From Sedimentisphaerales bacterium (GTDB lineage Bacteria > Planctomycetota > Phycisphaerae > Sedimentisphaerales > Anaerobacaceae), in contig JBEKAT010000001.1 of NCBI GenBank assembly GCA_050015775.1, positions 1,238 through 65,237 on the forward strand: a stretch of DNA of 64,000 bases, written 5' to 3'. Within the stretch, counting starts at the first letter, position 1. The number at the start of each line of letters is the position of its first letter. The notes below the pieces were generated by a model. It made no database searches, had not been told where the DNA came from, and saw only the letters and a program-made list of their open reading frames with translations. Shown one piece after another: positions 43,825 through 53,846 of this stretch. A program made the translations under genes and the position numbers.

Positions 43825-46458
43825 TTAAACTTGGCCGGGCTTCATATCGTCTTTGATTTTATTGAGAAGATTTATAGCTTCAATGGGGGTGAGGTTATTC
43901 ACATCGACAGAGGTGAGTTTGTCTAAGACGCTCTTATGTTTCTGGACGAAAAGTGTGTCGGCATCGGGTTCTTTGGTTTTGTTTTTGGCAAGGTGTGAGC
44001 CGGTGGCCTCTTTTTGGAACGTGGTTTCGAGCTCGGCCAAAATTTCCTTCGAGCGTTCGAGAATTGGTTTTGGTATGCCTGCTAATTTCGCGACGTGAAT
44101 GCCGTAGGATTTGTCGGTGCCGCCCGGCAGAATCTTGTGAAGGAAAACGACCTCATCCATCCATTCACGCACGGCCACGTTGCAATTTTTGATATTAGCA
44201 AACAGTTCCGAAAGCTCGGTCAATTCGTGATAGTGTGTGGCGAAGAGCGTTCGGCATTTGATTTTGTTGGCGATATGTTCAGTGATTGCCCAGGCAAGAG
44301 CCAGGCCATCGTAGGTGCTTGTGCCTCTGCCGACTTCATCGAGAATAACGAGCGATTTTGATGTGGCGTTATTGATTATGTTCGCGGTCTCGGTCATTTC
44401 GACCATAAATGTTGATTGTCCCCGGATTAACTCATCGGAAGCGCCGACGCGAGTGAAGATGCGATCAACGAGGCCAATGGTCGCCTCTTTGGCGGGAATA
44501 AATGAGCCGGCCTGCGTCATAAGGACGAGCAGTGCGGTTTGTCTTATGTAGGTGCTTTTGCCGCTCATATTGGGGCCTGTGATTATCATCATATCGCCTG
44601 CCTGATTGCCGAGTGAGATATCGTTGGGGACAAATTCTGCGCCTAACATTTCCGCGAGGACGGGGTGTTTGCCGTCCTGTATGAGAAGGTCATTATCGGT
44701 TGTCAATCTGGGCCTGATGTAGCCGCGACGATTGGCGATATGGGCGAGACCGGCGAGACAGTCGCACTGCGAGATTGTGTCCGCCAGTTCCTGAAGCCGG
44801 GGAATATATTGTGCCGCCTGTATTCGCACCTCTTCGAAAAGTTTTTGCTCGATGGCGAGGGCCTTTTCCTCGGCGCCGATGGCACGGGTTTCATATTTTT
44901 TCAATTCATCTGTGATATATCTTTCGGCGTTGGTAATCGTCTGCTTGCGGACGTAATCGGCGGGGACCTTGTCGGCGTTTGATCTGCTTATTTCGATGTA
45001 ATAGCCGAAGACCTGGTTGAAGCCGACCTTGAGCTTGTCGATGCCGGTGCGTTCGATTTGCTGTTTCTGGTATTGTTGCAGCCAGGTTTGGCCATCGCGT
45101 GATATTGAGCGCAGCTCGTCGAGTTCCTTATTGAACCCGGTGCGAATGACGCCGCTGTCGGTAATTCGTAGCGGGCAATTTGGCTCAATCGCCGAATCCA
45201 GCAAATCGGCCAGCTCATCCATACTGTCGCACCGGCCTGTTAAATCGCGGAGCAGTTTGGTGCTGAATTGCCCTAATGTTTCCCGCAGTTTAGGTATTTG
45301 TCGCAAGGTGCGGGTTAACGCGACGAGGTCTCTCGGCAATGCCCTTGCGATAGCGATGCGTGCGGCGATTCGCTCCGGGTCTGCAATATCGCCAAGCAGT
45401 TTGCGGACCTCAATCAGCCGGTTATCGCTGTCCTTTAATTCGGCAACGGCGTCTTGGCGCAACTCAATAGCCGACAAGTCGCACAATGGTCTGCAAAGCC
45501 AGTTGCGGAACATCCTGCCTCCCATCGGCGTAAGCGTCGAGTCGAGGCAGTCGAGCAATGTCCCCTTCGTGCTTTCGGTACGAATCGTTCGCAGTACCTC
45601 TAAACTTTGCAGCGACGTGTAATCGATGTGCAGGAATTTCTTCCGGCTGATTTTTTTAATAGTCGATATGTGCGCCAGCGCGGTCTTTTGTGTTTCGTTG
45701 AGATACTCGATTAACGCGCCGGCGGGAGGGATGACTGCGCCGTCAGTGTCGTGGATTCCAAAACCTTCAAGAGTCGCGGTTCCGAAGTGTTTCAGCAGCC
45801 GTTGTTTTGCCTGGTAGGGGTCGAAATACCAACTTGGCCGTTGTGTAATTGTCGCGCCGGTCAGTTCACTGATGCCTTTTGTTAATTTTTTCGCCTGTGC
45901 CTCGAATAATTCTCCTCGCCTGTCTGGCAGGAGACACTCGGCAGGGGACAATCGCACGATTTCATCTAACAGTTCGTCTTCGCCAAGCTGCTGAGCAAAA
46001 AAATGGCCCGTTGAGATATCGACCCAGCTTATGGACGACGCCGAATTTGTCTGCCAGACCGCGGCCAAAAAATTATCCCGCTTTGCCTCCAGCAAAATAT
46101 CATCGGTCAGTGTCCCCGGTGTAACAACCCGAACCACATCGCGTTTCACTAAGCCCTTGGCGGTCTTTGGGTCTTCAATCTGTTCGCAGACGGCAACTTT
46201 GTAGCCCGCCTGCAGCATTTTTCTCAGATAACCATCGACGGCGTGCCAGGGGACGCCCGCCAGCGGGACGGGGTTATCGCTGCCTTTATCCCTGCTGGTT
46301 AACGTCAGCCCCAGGACTTTTGAGCAGGTTTTGGCGTCCTCGTAGAAGGTTTCGTAGAAGTCGCCCATCCGGAAAAAGAGTATGCAGTCCGGGTACTTCT
46401 GCTTGAACTGATGAAACTGCCTCATCGCCGGCGTCAAATTGTCGCTGCCCGTGGTCAT
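43825..46458 (-). CDS. mutS: DNA mismatch repair protein MutS
   Basis: 877 aa. N-terminus TPAMRQFHQFKQKYPDCILFFRMGDFYETF, Walker A GPNMSGKST and the C-terminal HTH region are present. Confidence 0.95.
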   Translation of the reverse strand: MTTGSDNLTPAMRQFHQFKQKYPDCILFFRMGDFYETFYEDAKTCSKVLGLTLTSRDKGSDNPVPLAGVPWHAVDGYLRKMLQAGYKVAVCEQIEDPKTAKGLVKRDVVRVVTPGTLTDDILLEAKRDNFLAAVWQTNSASSISWVDISTGHFFAQQLGEDELLDEIVRLSPAECLLPDRRGELFEAQAKKLTKGISELTGATITQRPSWYFDPYQAKQRLLKHFGTATLEGFGIHDTDGAVIPPAGALIEYLNETQKTALAHISTIKKISRKKFLHIDYTSLQSLEVLRTIRTESTKGTLLDCLDSTLTPMGGRMFRNWLCRPLCDLSAIELRQDAVAELKDSDNRLIEVRKLLGDIADPERIAARIAIARALPRDLVALTRTLRQIPKLRETLGQFSTKLLRDLTGRCDSMDELADLLDSAIEPNCPLRITDSGVIRTGFNKELDELRSISRDGQTWLQQYQKQQIERTGIDKLKVGFNQVFGYYIEISRSNADKVPADYVRKQTITNAERYITDELKKYETRAIGAEEKALAIEQKLFEEVRIQAAQYIPRLQELADTISQCDCLAGLAHIANRRGYIRPRLTTDNDLLIQDGKHPVLAEMLGAEFVPNDISLGNQAGDMMIITGPNMSGKSTYIRQTALLVLMTQAGSFIPAKEATIGLVDRIFTRVGASDELIRGQSTFMVEMTETANIINNATSKSLVILDEVGRGTSTYDGLALAWAITEHIANKIKCRTLFATHYHELTELSELFANIKNCNVAVREWMDEVVFLHKILPGGTDKSYGIHVAKLAGIPKPILERSKEILAELETTFQKEATGSHLAKNKTKEPDADTLFVQKHKSVLDKLTSVDVNNLTPIEAINLLNKIKDDMKPGQV

Positions 46459-46467
46459 ATCGGCTGA

Positions 46468-47634
46468 TTATACATTCAGCGGGCCGGATAACAACTCTGT
46501 GATGAGCGTGTGAGCAGCGTCTTTTGATTTGGCTTTCGTAAGTTGAGCCAGAAGTTGTTCCTGACGAGCGGTAAAGCAAACCGGCTGATTCGGGTCAAAA
46601 TTTTCAACGCCGGCTAATCGCTGAATCTCATCGCAAAGGTAGTCGATTCCTGTGCCGAGTTTTGCGCTGATACTGACTGCGTTTGGCATATTGCCTGTTT
46701 CGAATAGGCAGGACAGGTTCCCGCTACGCTGCGCTACGAAGGGCAGGTCTGATTTGTTAAGGACGGCCAGGACTTTTTTATTGGCTAATATGTTTGTGAA
46801 GGATTTACCGATTTGATTGACCGGTTCGCTGTTATCGAGGACCAAAAGAACAATATCCGCTTGGTCGATGAGTTCCGCTGCCGTCTGTTGAGCTGCTTTT
46901 TCAATGTCGGACGCGAGTTTCTCATCCAGTCCCGCTGTATCAATCAATTCCAAAACCAGTGAACCAATTTGACAATTTGCTGATACCCAGTCGCGCGTTG
47001 TGCCTTTAGTGTCTGCTACAATCGCTTTTTGCCTTCCGCAAAGTTGATTCAGTAGCGTGCTTTTGCCCGTGTTGGGCGGGCCTGCGAGGACAACTCGGCA
47101 GCCGAAAATGATAAATTTGGCGGTTTTACTTTTGTCGATAATTTTTTGCGCTTCGACAGCGATTTTTTCCGGCGGGTTTTGCAGCCAGTTTTTTGCCGAG
47201 GCCGTAAGGCCTGAATCGATTTGGTTCAGGATTATCTGTGTGCCCTGAATTGTTTTTGCCTTTGGCAGGGTCAATTTTGCTTCGAGAGCGATTGTGCCGA
47301 GCGATTTATCTTTTGCAAGAAGTTGTTCAGCGGTTAATAATTCGACTCCCTGTTGCCGGAGTAATTGCATAAACCGTTCGACGATGAGCGGATTGCCGTG
47401 GCAGTTTATGGCGTAAGTGTTGTTGCCTTCACAGCCGATTGTTACCTGGTCGATTGTTTCGCTGCCAGCTGCGATTGTACCCAGCAGTATTTTACCTGTT
47501 GAAAATTCCGCCGGTTTTAGGCCTTGAGGAGTGAATATCTGTTTGAGGATATCTACCGCCGAATCGCCATAAAGCTGAATCGTGGCGATAGCCCCTGTTC
47601 CCTTGCCGGTCATTACCGCTGCGAAGACAGACAT
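46468..47634 (-). CDS. MnmE-like tRNA-modification GTPase (short form, without the canonical C-terminal CxGK)
   Basis: 388 aa with an MnmE-like N-terminal domain (GAIATIQLYG ... INCHGNP). G motifs are GPPNTGKST, TTRD, DTAG and NKSD. It ends in ELLSGPLNV. Confidence 0.6.
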   Translation of the reverse strand: MSVFAAVMTGKGTGAIATIQLYGDSAVDILKQIFTPQGLKPAEFSTGKILLGTIAAGSETIDQVTIGCEGNNTYAINCHGNPLIVERFMQLLRQQGVELLTAEQLLAKDKSLGTIALEAKLTLPKAKTIQGTQIILNQIDSGLTASAKNWLQNPPEKIAVEAQKIIDKSKTAKFIIFGCRVVLAGPPNTGKSTLLNQLCGRQKAIVADTKGTTRDWVSANCQIGSLVLELIDTAGLDEKLASDIEKAAQQTAAELIDQADIVLLVLDNSEPVNQIGKSFTNILANKKVLAVLNKSDLPFVAQRSGNLSCLFETGNMPNAVSISAKLGTGIDYLCDEIQRLAGVENFDPNQPVCFTARQEQLLAQLTKAKSKDAAHTLITELLSGPLNV

Positions 47635-47645
47635 AGGAGAATTGT

Positions 47646-48431
47646 TTACTCCTTCGATTCGATATATTTCTGGTAGGCCAGCGCTATACCTTTGATGACT
47701 AAATTGGGTACGTAGTTATCGACAAACTCGCAATCGTCTTTGATAAGTTTTGCGCCCGAGCCGGTGATGATGGTCTGCGGCCAGGCGCCCAGTGTCTCCG
47801 CGTATCGCCTGACTATCTCCTGCAGTGCGCTGACAGCCGAATAATATAAACCCGCGTTAATGGCATCTGGGGTGTTTTTCCCGAAAGGCCATTTCGGCTT
47901 TTTGACCGTAACCTTGGGTAGTTGGGCGGTATGGTTATGCAGGGCGTTAGCGCTCATTTCAAAGCCGGGGAAGATTACTCCGCCGCAGAAAACGCCGCGG
48001 TCATCTACAAGGTCGATTGTTACGGCTGTGCCGAAATCCGCGACCGCGACCGCCTGTTCAACGACCGCGTATGCAGCCGACGCCGCCAGGACACGGTCTG
48101 TCCCCACTGTTTCCGGTTCGGTTACAGAAAGCTCCATCGGAAACGGGATGTCTTTACCTACCAGCAGGATGTTCTCGTCGATGGTTTGTTTTGCTATATC
48201 GCGCACACGCTTTGTCCAGTCGGGCTTTACGGAGCTGATGACAATTACGCCGTCGCGTTTGCCCTCTTTTGAACGTTTCGCGACGGGTATCATTTCCCAT
48301 GTCGATTTGAGCAGTTCAGTCAGTTCCGTTGTCGCCTCGCCCGGCAGCGATTTTACGAACTGTTCCTCGCTATTGAGAAACAGCCCCACGCTAATATTGG
48401 TATTGCCTATGTCTATGGCTATTAAATTCAT
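47646..48431 (-). CDS. coaX: type III pantothenate kinase
   Basis: 261 aa with LIAIDIGNTNISVGLF and GTDRV motifs. Confidence 0.9.
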   Translation of the reverse strand: MNLIAIDIGNTNISVGLFLNSEEQFVKSLPGEATTELTELLKSTWEMIPVAKRSKEGKRDGVIVISSVKPDWTKRVRDIAKQTIDENILLVGKDIPFPMELSVTEPETVGTDRVLAASAAYAVVEQAVAVADFGTAVTIDLVDDRGVFCGGVIFPGFEMSANALHNHTAQLPKVTVKKPKWPFGKNTPDAINAGLYYSAVSALQEIVRRYAETLGAWPQTIITGSGAKLIKDDCEFVDNYVPNLVIKGIALAYQKYIESKE

Positions 48432-48511
48432 AAGTTCATCTTCTACCTTATTCTGCGTAACCTGTCAATTTATGGCTGGTTTTACGCCTGTGAGGGTTAT
48501 ATAATTATTTT

Positions 48512-48718
48512 ATGGACAGTTTTGATTTTCCAAAGGTGCGAAGAGATGTCTTCAAAGTGGCATCGCTTTTTGACCAGTCGGATGATAAGGAATACTGGTT
48601 GTCCAAGACCCCACAAGAGCGTCTGGAGGCCGTGGAGTTAATGCGGCAAATTATTTATGGCTATGACCCGTCTGCCACAAGACTTCAAAGAGTTTTTGAA
48701 GTTACTCAACGCTCATAA
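48512..48718 (+). CDS. small hypothetical protein (candidate partner or antitoxin of the downstream gene)
   Basis: 68 aa, ATG start, helical (EYWLSKTPQERLEAVELMRQIIYGYD). Its 3' end overlaps the next ORF by about 60 nt in another frame. Confidence 0.5.
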   Translation: MDSFDFPKVRRDVFKVASLFDQSDDKEYWLSKTPQERLEAVELMRQIIYGYDPSATRLQRVFEVTQRS

Positions 48719-49106
48719 AGTTGAATATCTGCTTATTGGCGGATACGCGGTTGGTTACTATGGCTACCCGCGAGCTACTGTTGATATGGACTTCTGGGTC
48801 GCAATGAATCCTGCTAACGCAGACAGGATTGTTACCGTCCTCAAGGAATTTGGCTTCAACCCGCCTGATTTATCGCCGAATCTGTTTCTAAAGGAAAAAC
48901 AAATCATTCGTATGGGTGTGCCTCCTTTCAGGATAGAGCTTGCGACAACTATATCTGGCGTCAATTTCAGTGAGTGTTTTGCTCAACGGGTAGTGGTTGA
49001 ACTTGATGGCGTAAAAACCAACATAATCAGCTTGGCCCACCTGAAAATCAATAAAAAGGCCTCTGCCAGACACCAGGATATTGCCGACCTCGAAAAGCTG
49101 CCGTAA
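48657..49106 (+). CDS. nucleotidyltransferase-fold protein
   Basis: 149 aa. FLKLLNAHKVEYLLIGGYAVGYYGYPRATVDMDFWV is a typical G-x-(A/S)...D-x-D minimal nucleotidyltransferase N-terminus. Confidence 0.6.
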   Translation: MAMTRLPQDFKEFLKLLNAHKVEYLLIGGYAVGYYGYPRATVDMDFWVAMNPANADRIVTVLKEFGFNPPDLSPNLFLKEKQIIRMGVPPFRIELATTISGVNFSECFAQRVVVELDGVKTNIISLAHLKINKKASARHQDIADLEKLP

Positions 49107-49116
49107 GGTTGGATGT

Positions 49117-50118
<1,002 letters not shown>

Positions 50119-50188
50119 TCATCGCGTCTCGATATAAAAAAAGGATGGTACGAATACCATCCTCTTATTATTAAGCTTTTTATTCTGT

Positions 50189-50422
50189 TTATACGACGTT
50201 GACTTTTCGGCCTGTGAACTGGACCTTGCCGTCGCTGACTGCGAAAAGGGTGAAGTCCCTGCCCATCTGGACGTTCTTGCCGGCGAAAAATTTGGTTCCG
50301 CACTGCCGAATGATGATACAACCTGCCTTGGCGATTTCACCGGCATACAGCTTAACGCTTCTGTATTTCGGATTGCTGTCTCTGCCGTTTCTCGTTGACC
50401 CTTGTCCCTTTTTATGTGCCAT
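50189..50422 (-). CDS. rpmA: 50S ribosomal protein L27
   Basis: 77 aa. [19 protein letters not shown] ... [10 protein letters not shown] is unmistakably L27. Confidence 0.95.
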   Translation of the reverse strand: MAHKKGQGSTRNGRDSNPKYRSVKLYAGEIAKAGCIIIRQCGTKFFAGKNVQMGRDFTLFAVSDGKVQFTGRKVNVV

Positions 50423-50440
50423 AAATTTTGCCTCGTTTAA

Positions 50441-50458
50441 TCACAGATTTCACAGATT
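50441..50458. repeat. tandem 9-mer TCACAGATT x2 in the rpmA leader
   Basis: Read directly. It lies 19 nt upstream of the rpmA start codon on the opposite strand. Confidence 0.6.
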
Positions 50459-50572
50459 ACATTGATTTTAGTTTTTGCTTCGACGAAACTAAACAGATAA
50501 TGCTACAATACTTGTATCGTTTTGTCCAGCGTTTTTTTGAATAGAAAATAGAAAATAATAAATAGCAAATGA

Positions 50573-51268
50573 CTAACGTTCCGCTTCGATAATGGCCTTC
50601 ATTTGCGGAAACGGAATCATTCCTTCGGTCGCCAGCTTTATTTTGCCGTCGGGAGCGATAAAGAAACTGGACGGGATAGTGTTTATAAAATTATAAGGTC
50701 CGGGCATAATCGCTGAGTCGGTTGAAGTAACGGGATAGTTGATAATCGGGTTTGCGGTGACGAACTTTCTGACCGCCTCGGTAGTGTTCTTCTGGTCGAT
50801 ATACGATATGCCCAGCATTATCAGTTTGTCTTCGCCGATTTGCTTTCTCAGCTCAATAAGATGCGGGATTTCCGCAATGCAAGGCCCGCACCAGGTCGCC
50901 CAGAAGATGAGCATTACATTTTTGCCCTTGTATTCGCTCAGCGTATGCTTTTTGCCGTTGAGGTCGGTAACCGTAAAATCAGGCGCCTCTTTTCCATACC
51001 AGTTGCTAAAAGCCGGTCCCCAGCCCCTCCTGCGGTCGATTATGTCGCTGATGGTTAGTTTCGGGGGGGCAAAAGCAGATGACGGAGAACTGATGACGGA
51101 AGACGGAGAATTGTTATCTGTCTTTTGTTCGTTGCTATCCGCTTTCTGTTCTCTGTTATCTGTCTTCTGTCCTCCGTTTGGCGGTTCTTTTTTGCAGCCC
51201 GTCATTACGCCGAGAGTTAATACAGCCACACCAAACCAAATTGTGAATATCGTTCTATTGTAAGTCAT
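50573..51268 (-). CDS. TlpA-like thiol:disulfide oxidoreductase lipoprotein (thioredoxin fold)
   Basis: Track ORF to 51409. ATG 51268 gives MTYNRTIFTIWFGVAVLTLGVMTGC (lipobox). A low-complexity linker QKTDNREQKADSNEQKTDNNSPSS follows. The active site is WATWCGPC. Confidence 0.8.
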   Translation of the reverse strand: MTYNRTIFTIWFGVAVLTLGVMTGCKKEPPNGGQKTDNREQKADSNEQKTDNNSPSSVISSPSSAFAPPKLTISDIIDRRRGWGPAFSNWYGKEAPDFTVTDLNGKKHTLSEYKGKNVMLIFWATWCGPCIAEIPHLIELRKQIGEDKLIMLGISYIDQKNTTEAVRKFVTANPIINYPVTSTDSAIMPGPYNFINTIPSSFFIAPDGKIKLATEGMIPFPQMKAIIEAER

Positions 51269-51328
51269 ATTAAAATTATACACTCCAGCACCCGGATTTA
51301 CAGCTAAAATTTGTCCTTCGGATGATGT

Positions 51329-51357
51329 TTGCCTTTGCCGGAGTGGACTACTATAAT
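51329..51357 (+). promoter_or_regulatory. sigma-70-type promoter TTGCCT-17-TATAAT upstream of the esterase gene
   Basis: Read directly. It lies about 54 nt upstream of ATG 51411. Confidence 0.4.
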
Positions 51358-51410
51358 ACCTGTTAGCTGGTTTTTGTAATCTAAGATTGGAAAATGTAAG
51401 GAGTCGCAAG

Positions 51411-53006
51411 ATGAATTATGTTTGCAAAAAGCATAATGTCTTTGTGTTAACAATTCTGTCGGGCATTGTGCTGGTTCTGTCCGGTTGCGGTGCTGGCACA
51501 CCCGCCAAACAATCGACTATTCCATCGGCTGGCATCCGGCTGCCGTCGGTGATAGGCGATAATATGGTCTTACAGCAGGGTGATAATACGCCTATTTGGG
51601 GTTGGGCCGACCCGGGTAAAAAAATAACGATAACAGCAAGCTGGGGTGGAAAGTGGAAGGCGACGTCTGATGCAAATGGCAACTGGATGGTAAAGATAAA
51701 GCCGGGCAAAGCAGGCGGGCCTTATGAGATGACCATTTCTGACGGCAATCCGATTACACTGAAGAATGTTCTGGTCGGTGAGGTGTGGGTCTGCTCAGGC
51801 CAGTCGAATATGGAATTCACGTTAAAGCAGGCGAATAATTCGGCGCAGGAAATTGCCGATGCCAACAATTATCCGCAGATTAGGAGTTTCAATGTTGGTC
51901 GAAAAGTGATTTATACGCCGATGCACAATTGCACAGGCAAGTGGCAGGTATGCAGTTCTCAGACGGCAGGAAACTTTACGGCGGTTGGCTATTTCTTCGG
52001 CCGGGAGCTTAATAAGCAGCTTAATGTGCCGGTAGGTTTGATTCATACATCTTGGGGCGGGACGCCCGCCGAATCGTGGATGAGCAAAGAATATCTTGAA
52101 AATGACCCAAACTTTCAGCCGATTCTCAAGAGGTTCGAAGAGACGTCCGCCAATATCGTTGAATTGAAAAAGAAGTATCAGGAGGAGAGGCAGAAATATG
52201 ACTCAATATCGCCGAAATTAAAGGCGGAAGGCAAGCCGTTGCCTCCCAGGCCGGAAGAGCCGATAGGCCCTGGGCATGCTTATTCACCAATGGGGCTTTA
52301 TAATGGTATGATTGTTCCTATTCTTCCTTATGGCATACGCGGGGCGATTTGGTATCAGGGCGAATCGAACGCCTGGCGGGCATATCAGTATCGCACGCTG
52401 TTCCCTGCGATGATTAAAAACTGGCGGGACGCCTGGCACGAGGGCGATTTCCCGTTCCTGTTTGTTCAGTTGGCGAACTATATGGAACCGGAGCCCCAGC
52501 CGGTCGAGAGCGACTGGGCCGAATTGCGAGAGGCACAATTGATGACGCTTTCGGTGCCGAATACCGGAATGGCGGTTGCGATAGATATAGGCGAGCCGGA
52601 TATTCACCCCAAGAACAAGCAGGACGTTGGCAAGCGTCTGGCGCTATGGGCGCTGGCAAAAACATACGGTAAAAATATAGTTTACTCAGGCCCGATATAC
52701 AAATCGATGAACGTCGATGGTAATAAGGCCATCCTTACTTTTGACAATGTTGGCGGTGGGTTGGTGGCTAAAGGTGATTTGTTAAAGGGGTTCGCGATAG
52801 CCGGGGCGGACCGGAAATTCGTCTGGGCCGACGCGAAGATTGAAGACAATACGGTTGTTGTAAGTTCCGATAAAGTCAGTGCGCCGGCCGCGGTGCGTTA
52901 CGCTTGGGAGAAAAACCCGGTATGTAACCTTTACAACAAGGAAGGTTTGCCCGCGACCCCGTTCAGAACCGACACCTGGCCGGGTGTTACGGACAGCAGG
53001 CGTTAA
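51411..53006 (+). CDS. sialate O-acetylesterase-family (SASA/DUF303) carbohydrate esterase, lipoprotein
   Basis: Track ORF from 51387. ATG 51411 follows AAGGAG. Lipobox VLSGC is present. The SGNH-like catalytic block is GEVWVCSGQSNMEF, with a later WYQGESN. Confidence 0.75.
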   Translation: MNYVCKKHNVFVLTILSGIVLVLSGCGAGTPAKQSTIPSAGIRLPSVIGDNMVLQQGDNTPIWGWADPGKKITITASWGGKWKATSDANGNWMVKIKPGKAGGPYEMTISDGNPITLKNVLVGEVWVCSGQSNMEFTLKQANNSAQEIADANNYPQIRSFNVGRKVIYTPMHNCTGKWQVCSSQTAGNFTAVGYFFGRELNKQLNVPVGLIHTSWGGTPAESWMSKEYLENDPNFQPILKRFEETSANIVELKKKYQEERQKYDSISPKLKAEGKPLPPRPEEPIGPGHAYSPMGLYNGMIVPILPYGIRGAIWYQGESNAWRAYQYRTLFPAMIKNWRDAWHEGDFPFLFVQLANYMEPEPQPVESDWAELREAQLMTLSVPNTGMAVAIDIGEPDIHPKNKQDVGKRLALWALAKTYGKNIVYSGPIYKSMNVDGNKAILTFDNVGGGLVAKGDLLKGFAIAGADRKFVWADAKIEDNTVVVSSDKVSAPAAVRYAWEKNPVCNLYNKEGLPATPFRTDTWPGVTDSRR

Positions 53007-53066
53007 GCCAGGCGGTTATTATGTCATATATGGTTTTTCTGGTCGGCGTGCCGCCAGCGCCGCAAT

Positions 53067-53468
53067 ATGATGACTAAGGGAAATTCGTTCCCGAAAACCA
53101 GCCGGCTTCTCATAAACAGTCAGTTCCGGATTGTTATGGCTAAGCGATTGTCCGCTCGCGACGAGTTGCTTGTGCTATACGCCTGCGAAAACGGTCTCGA
53201 TTACCCCCGTATAGGCATATCCATAGGCAAATCCTGCGGGAACGCAGTCATTCGCAACCGGCTTAAACGGCTGTTACGCGAGGCGTTCAGACAAAATAAA
53301 CATCTTGTCACCCCCGGTTTTGATTTCGTGGTCTCAATGTCGTCCCAGTGGGTCAGGCAAACCCGCAAAAGAAAGGATACAAAGACCGTTGTAGGGGCGA
53401 TAAAGTTTGCGCAAATCCGCGATTCCTTCCTTAAATTAGCGGCCCAACTGACCTCAGGAAGGGCTTAA
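53067..53468 (+). CDS. rnpA: ribonuclease P protein component
   Basis: 133 aa. FPKTSRLLINSQF ... RIGISIGKSCGNAVIRNRLKRLLREAFR is the RnpA signature. Confidence 0.85.
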   Translation: MMTKGNSFPKTSRLLINSQFRIVMAKRLSARDELLVLYACENGLDYPRIGISIGKSCGNAVIRNRLKRLLREAFRQNKHLVTPGFDFVVSMSSQWVRQTRKRKDTKTVVGAIKFAQIRDSFLKLAAQLTSGRA

Positions 53469-53478
53469 TTTGTAATCT

Positions 53479-53799
53479 TTGGCCCCTTTGGTGCCGATAA
53501 ATGCTTATGTGAGCAGAGTTTGCCCATTGGGTTCTAAAACCGGATTAGTAACGATAGGAGCGGCGGCGAAGAAGGCAGGCATATCGCGCCAGTCCTTGCA
53601 GTATTACATTATGCTGGGATTGCTCGAAGCGACCAAAGTCACTAAAACCGGCAGACGATTGTTTGACCAGAAAAGTATTGAGCGGGTCAAACTTGTAAAA
53701 AAGCTCAATGAAAGCGGCTATCCTCTGCGGGCGATACGTGAGTTGTTCCTTGAGGGCCGGACTCGTCTCGGCGAAGGCGCAACAGGTGGTAAAAAATGA
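53479..53799 (+). CDS. MerR-family HTH transcriptional regulator (start uncertain)
   Basis: The HTH reads VTIGAAAKKAGISRQSLQYYIMLGLL ... GRRLFDQKSIERVKLVKKL. Confidence 0.65.
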   Translation: MAPLVPINAYVSRVCPLGSKTGLVTIGAAAKKAGISRQSLQYYIMLGLLEATKVTKTGRRLFDQKSIERVKLVKKLNESGYPLRAIRELFLEGRTRLGEGATGGKK

Positions 53800-53846
53800 G
53801 TTGGGACGCCGAGCCGTAGCCGGGCTGATTTGAAAGGAAGCAGGCG

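Noticed and set aside
47860-48504. 214-aa ORF on the plus strand
   Set aside because: It is antisense to coaX, whose identity is clear, and its sequence is low-complexity and Ser/Thr/Ala-rich.
50189-53468. Missing classical neighbours (rplU upstream of rpmA; rpmH upstream of rnpA)
   Set aside because: I looked for L21 and L34 signatures in the adjacent spacers and found none. Absence of linkage is common outside model organisms and is not evidence of anything unusual.
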